Positions 56,288-64,000 of a stretch of 64,000 nt of DNA are shown one piece after another; the first letter of the stretch is position 1; every line of letters begins with the position of its first letter. Source of the stretch: an uncultured Bacteroidota bacterium (GTDB taxonomy: Bacteria; Bacteroidota; Bacteroidia; Bacteroidales; SZUA-534). The DNA lies in NCBI GenBank assembly GCA_946186925.1, contig CAMHPA010000001.1, positions 17,327 through 81,326 on the forward strand, read 5' to 3'. The translations under genes were made by a program, and so were the position numbers. The notes below the pieces were generated by a model that did not search any database, was not told the DNA's origin, and saw only the letters and a list, made by a program, of their open reading frames with translations.

Positions 56288-58729
56288 TCAGAATTTGTAA
56301 GTAAGTGTGAATGATGGAATTATTGGCAGAATTGTGAGTTTCTTTATGCGATGCCGCGATGCGCCGTCGTACCTTCCCGAGCCGTAATCATCTAATTCTG
56401 TAGCATACACCAAAGTGGGATTCATATGGTTGTAGAGGTTGTAAACCGATATGTTGAAGATGCGCTCACAGTGTTTTTTCTGTTTGTGGAAATCGACTCC
56501 GAGGCACATTGTGTGGCTGCAAGGCAGACGGTAGTTGTTGCGGCCTGGCACGTAAGCAACTTTGTCGAAATTATACTGTGGATAATTACTTCTAAAATCA
56601 ATATTGTTGTCGGGCTCGACAAACTGTTGGTATGTTTCGGTGAGAGTGGCGCAGTTTCCGCTCTGAAGCGACCACGAAAGGTCAACAAAGATTCGTTCGT
56701 TCACCTTCCAATTGACAACCATATTCAAGTTGTGTCGGCGGTCGTAGGTGAATGGGAAGCGCTGTCCATCGTTCACGCCCGACGAGCGGCTGAACTTGCG
56801 GTCGGTTTTCGAGAGCGTGTACGACACAAGGCCAGTTACCGCGCCTTCGGTTTTCTGCGCCATAAACTCAATGCCCCGCGACACACCCTGACCGGCGGCC
56901 ACAAGTTTTTCCCACGAGCCCGAGAATCCGGCAAAGTTCATACCGTCTTTATACTCTAAAACATTGTCGCTCACCTTGTAATAGCCTTCAACCGAAAATT
57001 CCCAGCCGTCGATTTTGGTGTAAGCGCCAACGCTGTACTGGTTGGCCACTTCGGGCTCAAGCTCCTCGGTGATGGGCACCCAAAGGTCGGTGGGCATTGC
57101 GAGCGGCGACGATGTGAGCAGGTGCACACATTGCGTCATTCGCGAATACGATGCCTTAAGTGTCAGAAAATCAGTGGGGGCATACTTCAGCGACACACGT
57201 GGCTGCAAGTTGTGGTAGGTTTTGTTTTCCAGGTTGAATATGGTGTGCGCCAGGCCAATGTTAAGGCTTAGATTGTCAAACAGTTTCCAATCGTCATCAA
57301 CATAAACCGAAAGCTCATTGGCGAAAGCCGCCGAACCTTTTGCCGTGGCCGATGTGTCGGAGAGCAACACGCTGTCTTCTCTTGCCAGATAGGTGGATGT
57401 GGTTGTTTCGGGCTCAAAATTGTGACGGGTGTAATTGGCGCCAAACTTCACGGTGTGCGATGGCGATGGCAGCCAGTCGAAATCGATAATCGCGCCAAAG
57501 TCCTTTATTTCAGACTGATAGTCAGAACTACCATCGTCGAACGCCTTATTGACATTCGCCAGCGGGTCATTGTTATAATAGTACGAATTGTCGTACGACG
57601 CCATTCGCATTTTGTAGTGGTTGAAGTTGACGGTGGTGTTGGCAAATAATTTTGACGAGAAGACGTGATTCCACCGCAGCGACGGAATGAAGTTGCGCCA
57701 CTTCAGGTCGCTGCCATAGTCGTAGATGCTACCGTGGTCATCGAATATATAAGTGTCGTGGCAGTCGTTCCTAAACTTGTCAAGTCCGTTATACAAAGAC
57801 AGATAGATGCGGTCGGCGTCAGAGAATTTGTGGTTCAGTTTCAGGTTGATGTCGTAGAACCAGTAGTTCACCTTCACTTCGTCGTCAAGGAAAGGCTGCA
57901 CCAGAGCGCCCGCATAGGTTGTGCGCCCCGACAGGCTGAACGATGTCCGCCCTTCGCTAATCGGCCCTTCCACATTGAATCGCGACGTGAGCAGCCCCAC
58001 CGACACCGTGGCGTGGTAGTTGTTCATATCGCCGTCTTTGGTGCGCACGTCGATAACCGACGATGTGCGGCCGTTGTAGCGCGCCGGAAACGATGATTTA
58101 TAGAAAGTTACCTTCTTCACCGCTTCGGGCGTGAACACCGAGAAGAAGCCGAACAGGTGGTCGATTTTGTAAACCGTGGCGCCGTCGAGCAGAATCAGGT
58201 TCTCGTCGCCGTTGCCGCCGCGCACATAGAGAGTTGAAGCGCCGCCCACGCCCTGCTGCACGCCGGGTGTGAGTTGAATGGTTCGCAGAACGTCGGTCTC
58301 GCCCAGCAGCGACGGCGTGTGCTCAATCAGCCGCACGGGAATGTCAAGGCTGCCCATTTTGGTCGATTCAATGCCGCTTTCGCGACTTTTGCCCACAACC
58401 ACCACTTCTTCCAGCTCGTTGTCGCTCGAAAGGCTGATGTTGATTGCCGTGTCGCGCCGAAGGTTCAAGTCGATGGTCCGCCGGTTGTAGCCCACATACG
58501 AGACAGTGAGCCGATGTTGCCCCGCGGGAAGCGTGAGCGAGTAAAATCCGAAATTGTTCGATGCCGTGCCGTGGCGGCTGTTCTCGTCAACCACGGTTGC
58601 CCCGATAATTGTTTCAGCCGATTTGCCGTCGGCAATGTAGCCGCTCACAGTTATTTTGCTCTGTGCCAGCACATTGTCACAACACAGCACAAGGCCGATG
58701 GCGGCGAAAAAAAGTTTGGTTAGTTTCAT
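56288..58729 (-). CDS. TonB-dependent receptor with N-terminal carboxypeptidase-regulatory-like domain
   Basis: 813 aa with a signal peptide. It has a CarboxypepD_reg-like start (ITVSGYIADGKSAETIIGATVVDE...GFYSLTLPAGQHRLTVSYVGY), a plug region (LRTIQLTPGVQ), a long beta-barrel, and a C-terminal aromatic residue (TLTYKF). Confidence 0.85.
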   Translation of the reverse strand: MKLTKLFFAAIGLVLCCDNVLAQSKITVSGYIADGKSAETIIGATVVDENSRHGTASNNFGFYSLTLPAGQHRLTVSYVGYNRRTIDLNLRRDTAINISLSSDNELEEVVVVGKSRESGIESTKMGSLDIPVRLIEHTPSLLGETDVLRTIQLTPGVQQGVGGASTLYVRGGNGDENLILLDGATVYKIDHLFGFFSVFTPEAVKKVTFYKSSFPARYNGRTSSVIDVRTKDGDMNNYHATVSVGLLTSRFNVEGPISEGRTSFSLSGRTTYAGALVQPFLDDEVKVNYWFYDINLKLNHKFSDADRIYLSLYNGLDKFRNDCHDTYIFDDHGSIYDYGSDLKWRNFIPSLRWNHVFSSKLFANTTVNFNHYKMRMASYDNSYYYNNDPLANVNKAFDDGSSDYQSEIKDFGAIIDFDWLPSPSHTVKFGANYTRHNFEPETTTSTYLAREDSVLLSDTSATAKGSAAFANELSVYVDDDWKLFDNLSLNIGLAHTIFNLENKTYHNLQPRVSLKYAPTDFLTLKASYSRMTQCVHLLTSSPLAMPTDLWVPITEELEPEVANQYSVGAYTKIDGWEFSVEGYYKVSDNVLEYKDGMNFAGFSGSWEKLVAAGQGVSRGIEFMAQKTEGAVTGLVSYTLSKTDRKFSRSSGVNDGQRFPFTYDRRHNLNMVVNWKVNERIFVDLSWSLQSGNCATLTETYQQFVEPDNNIDFRSNYPQYNFDKVAYVPGRNNYRLPCSHTMCLGVDFHKQKKHCERIFNISVYNLYNHMNPTLVYATELDDYGSGRYDGASRHRIKKLTILPIIPSFTLTYKF

Positions 58730-58832
58730 AAAATAGTTGTTAAATCAAATATCGGAATAACTGGTTACGCAGTTACCCATTATTTTTCAAATATAATACC
58801 AAAAACGACAATGCGCCTGGTTATATAAAAAT

Positions 58833-60479
58833 TCACTGCACCAACCCTTCAATCACGCTGCCTGTGGTGCCGTTCGGGAACGGAATGTCAAGGAAATTGG
58901 CGATTGTGGGGGCAATGTCGCGGATGTCGATGTTCTGATTCAGGCGCGTGCGCTTAATCTTCCAGCCGTACCAGATGAGCGGCACGTGGGTGTCGTAGTT
59001 GTAGCCCGAGTTCGCGCTGCTCACGCCCGAACCTTGCGCAATCCAGCCCGGCTCAAGGCAGATAATCACGTCGCCCGAGCGCTTCGGGTTGAACGAATTC
59101 TGCATTTGGCGCATTATGCCGTCGGTGAAAGTGGTTGATTTCAAGGTCGATGCCGAGATGGCGTTGGCCACACCCGAAAACTGCAGCATAAAATCGCAAA
59201 CCACACTCTCGAAATCCTGAACCTTCATTCCCGCCGTCTCTATCAGATTGTGGTTCAAATAAATCTGATTGTTATGGTAGGCCGAAACCCATTTGCCCTT
59301 GTCGTATTTTGCGTTCAGATAGGTGCCCAAAAGCATAACGGCGCGGTCGGCGTTGAAGGTGCCGGCCGGAATGTTGTTGGCCTGCAGCATAGCCGGGTTG
59401 TATGATGTGCCGTGGTCCGAAGTCAGGTAGATGAGCACGTTGTTGCGGCCCACATTCTCGTCGATAAACTGCAGGAAATGTTCCAAATCGCGGTCGAGCC
59501 GGATGTAAAGGTCTTCAAGCTCGACAGAGTTTGGTCCGCAGGCGCTGCTCACGTCGGCCGAAGCCGAGAAGGCGATGCTCAGATAGTCGGTGTCGTCGTC
59601 TTGGCCAAGTTGCTCATTCACAATGGCGTTCACGCAAAAATCCTTGACAAGGCTGTTGCCCGCTGGATTCGATTTCAGTTTGCTGTAGTGCTTTGTGCGC
59701 TTGAGCAGACTGTTGATTTTCTTGCCCAGAACATTGTCGCCTGAGAATCCAGCGTTTTTCGACTGTCCGCGTTCAGAGCCGGCACGGTATTTTTCGGGCG
59801 GCAGCAGCGGCAGCCAGTCTTTTTCAATATACATATCGGGGAACTTCTTGCCGTTGAACTCGTTAACCCACGCTGGCAGCGAGTCGGCATAGTAATTGCT
59901 TGTCACCCAAAGCCCCGACGCGTCGTCGAACCAGTAGGCCGCGTCGGCAATGTGGCCGGCAGGCAGAACGGCCGTTGTCGGGTTCAGCGATACCGCAAAC
60001 ACCTTCGAGCGGTTGTTGCTGAAGAGTTTCATTTCGTCGGTGAAGGTGGTTGTCAGGATGTTGCGCGGCGAGTAGGTCCCTTTCTCAATTTCGGCGCCCA
60101 CGGGCTTGACTTTCTCGTCGAAAGCCGCGCCAATGTTTTTCTCTTGAAGCTGAACGTACCACGCGTCGCTCACAATTCCGTGAACAATTGGCTCACAGCC
60201 AGTTGCAATGGTTGCGTAGCCCGGCGATGTCTGCGTGAGCATATAGTTGTAGTTGGCGTTTCGGCAGAGCGCGCCTTCGCCAATGAGCCGCCGAAATCCG
60301 CCTTCGCCAAAGTTGTCCCAATAGCGGTGGATATAGTCGTAACGCATTGATTCCACAACAATTCCGATAATCAGTTGCGGTTTTTCCGATGGTATGTTTC
60401 TGCGTTTCTGCGCCATCAGCGCCGGACTTGTCAGAACCAAGGCGGCAAGCAGACTGGCAGCGAAAAATCTTGATTTCAT
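58833..60479 (-). CDS. PafA/NPP-type alkaline phosphatase-superfamily phosphoesterase
   Basis: 548 aa with a signal peptide. The nucleophile motif LTQTSPGYATIATG matches the NPP pattern T-x-T-x-P-x-x-x-T-x-x-T-G. The metal-site motif LTSDHG is present. Confidence 0.75.
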   Translation of the reverse strand: MKSRFFAASLLAALVLTSPALMAQKRRNIPSEKPQLIIGIVVESMRYDYIHRYWDNFGEGGFRRLIGEGALCRNANYNYMLTQTSPGYATIATGCEPIVHGIVSDAWYVQLQEKNIGAAFDEKVKPVGAEIEKGTYSPRNILTTTFTDEMKLFSNNRSKVFAVSLNPTTAVLPAGHIADAAYWFDDASGLWVTSNYYADSLPAWVNEFNGKKFPDMYIEKDWLPLLPPEKYRAGSERGQSKNAGFSGDNVLGKKINSLLKRTKHYSKLKSNPAGNSLVKDFCVNAIVNEQLGQDDDTDYLSIAFSASADVSSACGPNSVELEDLYIRLDRDLEHFLQFIDENVGRNNVLIYLTSDHGTSYNPAMLQANNIPAGTFNADRAVMLLGTYLNAKYDKGKWVSAYHNNQIYLNHNLIETAGMKVQDFESVVCDFMLQFSGVANAISASTLKSTTFTDGIMRQMQNSFNPKRSGDVIICLEPGWIAQGSGVSSANSGYNYDTHVPLIWYGWKIKRTRLNQNIDIRDIAPTIANFLDIPFPNGTTGSVIEGLVQ

Positions 60480-60496
60480 AAAACTCTGTTTTGGGG

Positions 60497-60504
60497 CAAA
60501 AATA
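60497..60504 (-). promoter_or_regulatory. -7 promoter box for the phosphatase-TonB receptor-DUF4249 unit
   Basis: caaaaata is the reverse complement of tatttttg. It lies 17 nt upstream of the start at 60479. Confidence 0.35.
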
Positions 60505-60712
60505 ACCGATAATGCATTTTGCCGCCGACCATTTGCCGCGGGTTATGAATAGTGCGGTGTTCAAAACGCAAAGGCTTTAAAAGCTTTAGTGCAAATCCGC
60601 CAATATCTTGCTTGGATTGATTAAAACATTGAAAAACAAATAGAATGCGCAAGTTATGATAGTTTTTTTTAGAGGAAAACCACTTTTAACAAATTTGTAA
60701 TTTACAATTTTG

Positions 60713-60720
60713 TAAATTTG
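60713..60720 (+). promoter_or_regulatory. -7 promoter box of the DUF234-type ATPase gene, embedded in an inverted-repeat cluster
   Basis: taaatttg lies 22 nt upstream of ATG 60743. It overlaps the third hexamer of TTGTAA(60695-60700)/TTACAA(60702-60707)/TTGTAA(60710-60715). Confidence 0.4.
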
Positions 60721-60742
60721 CAATCATATAAAGCATTGAATT

Positions 60743-62053
60743 ATGATTTTTTATGACCGCGAGCAAGAAATTGCACAATTACAGCAAATCGACAGTATGT
60801 CAGAGTCGAATGCCAACTTCACAGTTATTATAGGAAGAAGGCGCACTGGCAAAACAACATTGATTACAAAGGCTTTTGAAAACAAACGGTATCTGTATTT
60901 TTTCATATCAAACAACTCAGAACAAATGCTTTGCAATGAATTTCAGCAACAAGCCGAACAACTACTCAATATTCATTTTTATGGTAACATTGACCGGTTT
61001 GCAAAACTGATTGAAGAACTTATGATTTTTGCGAAAAAAGAGCAACTCACCATAGTAATCGATGAGTTTCAACGTCTTGCAAACATTCGCAGCGGCATAA
61101 TGAGTGAGCTGCAACAAGTGTGGGATAAGCACAACGGGACTGCTCGCATTCATCTGATTGCTTGCGGCTCAATATATTCAATGATGAAACGTATTTTTGA
61201 GAATAGCAACGAGCCACTTTTTGGACGCTGCACCGCAAAAATGACCGTCAAACCATTTTGTATCAATGTATTAAAAAAGATTTTAAGAGATTACAACCCC
61301 GCATATACACCGGAAGACCTTCTTATGCTTTACGCCATCACCGGTGGAGTGGCAAAATATGTTGCCTTGCTAATGGATAACAAAGCTGTTACCAAAGATC
61401 TTATGCTACAGTACGTTTGCCAGCCAACATCGGTTTTCTTAAGTGAAGGTGTTGACTTGCTCGTAGGCGAATTCGGCAAACATTTCAGCATTTACTACAG
61501 CATTATGCAACTGATAGCCAACGGCAAAACATCACAATCAGAAATCGACAGCATTATTAAGAAAAACACAGGCCGGTATCTTGACACGCTTGAGAATGAA
61601 TATACACTCATAAACCGACGCCGACCGATGTTTTCAAAGCCCACATCTCAAGGCATAAAATGGAGCATTGGAGATTGTTTTTTGCGATTTTGGTTCAGAT
61701 TCATCGAACCTAACCGAACACTTATCGAGCGTGACAAATACGCCCTGCTGAAAGAGTACATCGACGATAACTACACGCAATATAGCGGCACTGTGCTGGA
61801 ACAATATTTCAGGCAACTGTACGGCGAAAAAGAACGTGTAACCGAAGTCAGCAATTGGTGGGACAAGAAGGGAGAAAACGAAATCGACCTTATTGCAATC
61901 GAGGGTTTTGACAAAAAAATAACGGTTGCCGAAGTGAAACGCAACATTCGCAAATACAACGAAGAGGAGCTGAAACGGAAGTTCGCTCTTATAGATTATA
62001 ATTTCTCTGACTTCACTATCGTTTTTCGCGGTTTGTCGCTTGATGATATGTGA
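60743..62053 (+). CDS. ATP-binding protein (archaeal-type ATPase domain plus DUF234-like C-terminal domain)
   Basis: 436 aa with Walker A (GRRRTGKTT) and Walker B (IVIDEFQRL). The C-terminal motif EIDLIAIEG...VAEVKRN is compatible with a PD-(D/E)xK core. The gene is low in GC. Confidence 0.75.
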   Translation: MIFYDREQEIAQLQQIDSMSESNANFTVIIGRRRTGKTTLITKAFENKRYLYFFISNNSEQMLCNEFQQQAEQLLNIHFYGNIDRFAKLIEELMIFAKKEQLTIVIDEFQRLANIRSGIMSELQQVWDKHNGTARIHLIACGSIYSMMKRIFENSNEPLFGRCTAKMTVKPFCINVLKKILRDYNPAYTPEDLLMLYAITGGVAKYVALLMDNKAVTKDLMLQYVCQPTSVFLSEGVDLLVGEFGKHFSIYYSIMQLIANGKTSQSEIDSIIKKNTGRYLDTLENEYTLINRRRPMFSKPTSQGIKWSIGDCFLRFWFRFIEPNRTLIERDKYALLKEYIDDNYTQYSGTVLEQYFRQLYGEKERVTEVSNWWDKKGENEIDLIAIEGFDKKITVAEVKRNIRKYNEEELKRKFALIDYNFSDFTIVFRGLSLDDM

Positions 62054-62122
62054 CATCAAAGAAATACCTAACAAAAAAAGCCGAACCAAACGGCCCGGCT
62101 CTTATCATTCGTTTGCCAATTT

Positions 62123-62464
62123 TTAGATGGCGCGGATAGCATTCACACGGATGCGGTCAAGAAGGCGTTTAGCCTGCGAGGTTAAAGCCGTGCGGATTTT
62201 TGCTCTGTCTTCAGGCGATAATGTTGCTTGGCAGTGACCGTCCTTTTGCAAGGCATCTATAAGTTTGTCAATTTCATCTTCTTTATATTCCTTCCCTTTA
62301 TACTTGTATAATTCCTCTTCCGGGCAAAGTTCTGCCACACTAATGTCGCACTTTGAGCCTTCAATGGGGTCTGCTTGTTCACAACCAGCCTCTACAACAT
62401 CATCTCCGCACGCTGCAAGTCCAAGTACTGCAAACAATGCGATTGGCAATAAAATCTTCTTCAT
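62123..62464 (-). CDS. small Cys-rich lipoprotein, unknown function
   Basis: 113 aa with the lipobox MKKILLPIALFAVLGLAAC. The mature part has four further Cys residues. Confidence 0.5.
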   Translation of the reverse strand: MKKILLPIALFAVLGLAACGDDVVEAGCEQADPIEGSKCDISVAELCPEEELYKYKGKEYKEDEIDKLIDALQKDGHCQATLSPEDRAKIRTALTSQAKRLLDRIRVNAIRAI

Positions 62465-62491
62465 TTTAAATAAATTTTAATTAAACAACAA

Positions 62492-63127
62492 TTACTTATT
62501 TAGTTCGTATTCAACAATTTTGCCAAATTGTTCTATTTTGCGGTGCCCTTTGTATAGATGGTTACCAATCACAAATATAGGAGTAACTTTTGAACCAAGG
62601 GCACTGAAAAGCGCATTATTTTTTTTCACATAAGCAAAATCATCGGCCACAAGGCATTCTGCCAATTCGGGGTTACCGTTGATTATGTCATCAATCAGTT
62701 GGCGGAACTCATCGCTGTAAACAGTCTCCGGCTCGGTTTGGAGCAATTCAAGAACATCATCAGCGTTGCCGTCGCGATTCATACATCCTGCCAACATCAG
62801 GGCTGACATCATATCATAATTCTCTGTCCAGTCAATGGGTTTAATCACTAAACGCACCTTACCATTGGTAATGTAGCGTTTTTTGATTTCCGGCAAATCC
62901 TGATTTAAAAACGCGCGGCAATGGCGGCAGTTGTATGTCGCGAACATATAGACTGTTAGCCGCGCTGTGTCGGAGCCGTAACAAATGTCAAGGTCGCTGT
63001 CATCGATGGTGACATCGGTAACTTTGAAACGTAATTCACGCTGCATACGTGTGCTCCAAAGGTAGGTGGCAACAACCAACAAACCCACCAACAGAACGGC
63101 AGCCGCTGTATACAATCGTTTCCTCAC
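62492..63127 (-). CDS. DsbA-like thioredoxin-fold oxidoreductase, membrane-anchored
   Basis: 211 aa with an N-terminal TM segment (AAAVLLVGLLVVATYLW) and the CxxC active site FATYNCRHCRAF. Confidence 0.65.
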   Translation of the reverse strand: MRKRLYTAAAVLLVGLLVVATYLWSTRMQRELRFKVTDVTIDDSDLDICYGSDTARLTVYMFATYNCRHCRAFLNQDLPEIKKRYITNGKVRLVIKPIDWTENYDMMSALMLAGCMNRDGNADDVLELLQTEPETVYSDEFRQLIDDIINGNPELAECLVADDFAYVKKNNALFSALGSKVTPIFVIGNHLYKGHRKIEQFGKIVEYELNK

Positions 63128-63130
63128 AGG

Positions 63131-64000
63131 TTAACGGAATTTCACGAAAGTGTCATACACTATCAAACGAGGATTGAAGCCAAGTCTTAATTGCATTTCC
63201 TGACCTTTAATCTTTTTCTGCATATTTCTCTTGCGGTTCTTATTGTCAAATCCATACTTCGACTCGCCATCAATTTCGTATGCCAAAAGGCTGATTGAAG
63301 ATACATTATCCTCGTCTGCCAGGTTGTCTTTCATTTTTTTCTGCGTCTTCATTACCTTTTTCGAGCTGAGTGCCATAATTTCACCTGGGAAAACCTTGAT
63401 GTGATACTCAAAGTTGTCGTTATCCATTCCCTGCATAGCAAACAACGACATACTCATAACGGTTGTTTTTATGTCTGTTTGTGGCAGATAGAGATAGCCA
63501 TTGCGGACGAACAAACTTGTTTCAAGTGTTTGAAACCTAATGTTATTAAGCTCACGCATATGTACTGCGTTGTCCAGTGATTTCAACATTTCCAAATTCA
63601 CAATCGCACCGTCTTCCAATTTTAAATCGCCTAACACCTTCACATCACCCATTGGAATGCTATCTCCCATATTTATCACATTAAGGTAACCGTCAAGGTC
63701 GGCAGTCATCAAACCGCTCAAATTCTCCGAAGTCACGGTGGTCTGGTCGAAGTTGTCGAACTCTATGAGCAATTGGTTCAAATCCATCTTGTCGAAATGA
63801 GTGCGGAACCAAACGGTCATCAAAGAATCAGATTTGAATTTGATACGTGCTGAGGCATCCAAAGCTCCTTTGAATGCTCCAAGTTTCAGATGTTCAACCA
63901 CAACCACGGTGTCGTTCACGTTGAATTTCGCCGATATTGTGTCGATTGACGATTTGCCGTATTGCAGGTGGCCGAGTCGGAACATTCCTTTCACCTCAAC
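63131..64000 (-). CDS. AsmA-like C-terminal region protein; the 5' end lies outside the window
   Basis: The frame stays open to the window edge (two further sense codons beyond the GTG at 63994). The beta-rich repetitive sequence is typical of the C-terminal part of AsmA/TamB-like proteins. The assignment is tentative. Confidence 0.5.
   Translation of the reverse strand, partial: VEVKGMFRLGHLQYGKSSIDTISAKFNVNDTVVVVEHLKLGAFKGALDASARIKFKSDSLMTVWFRTHFDKMDLNQLLIEFDNFDQTTVTSENLSGLMTADLDGYLNVINMGDSIPMGDVKVLGDLKLEDGAIVNLEMLKSLDNAVHMRELNNIRFQTLETSLFVRNGYLYLPQTDIKTTVMSMSLFAMQGMDNDNFEYHIKVFPGEIMALSSKKVMKTQKKMKDNLADEDNVSSISLLAYEIDGESKYGFDNKNRKRNMQKKIKGQEMQLRLGFNPRLIVYDTFVKFR

Overview
The window looks like a chromosomal segment of a Bacteroidota genome, probably Bacteroidales. 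The evidence is recurrent TAnnTTTG -7 promoter boxes 15-70 nt upstream of start codons, gene content (DUF3098, DUF4249, a CarboxypepD_reg-type TonB receptor, type-2 IleRS), and core genes at roughly 50-57% GC. I call about 47 protein genes, mostly housekeeping. They include ilvB (5' partial), ilvN, ilvC, ileS, ribH, pheS, queA, truB, ftsX, rnr, coaD, rdgB, argR, carB, comEC, a tightly packed rsfS-ftsH-DUF2007-cdsA-psd operon, upp and a prolyl oligopeptidase. There is also a cluster of a PafA/NPP-like phosphatase, a TonB receptor and a DUF4249 protein. I found no rRNA, convincing tRNA, CRISPR array, integrase or transposase.

Items that stand out:
1. An isolated 9.8-kb gene (20524-30285) encodes a 3,253-aa secreted mosaic protein with no recognisable anchoring or sorting module. 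It carries a 7-copy 123-bp (41-aa) tandem repeat with an invariant basic core I cannot assign to a named family. Two of the copies are identical at every base.
2. A low-GC 1.4-kb insertion splits ilvN from ilvC. It carries an orphan 249-aa protein and a ParE/RelE-like toxin-antitoxin pair.
3. A 420-bp non-coding region downstream of ileS holds a nested palindromic element of about 215 bp. It is followed by four copies of C(A/G)TTTTATCGGAAT phased at exactly 32 bp, ending at the promoter of an orphan AAA/DUF4143 ATPase.
4. A second orphan ATPase (DUF234 type) has an alternating inverted-repeat operator-like element over its promoter.
5. A beta-propeller/Y_Y_Y periplasmic sensor is fused to a PP2C (SpoIIE) phosphatase output.
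6. A 56-aa 2x[4Fe-4S] ferredoxin gene is missing from the ORF track.

I do not see a clear multi-gene novel system. The giant repeat protein and the phased-repeat/ATPase locus are the best candidates for follow-up. All family assignments come from motif recognition by eye; no database search or computation was run.
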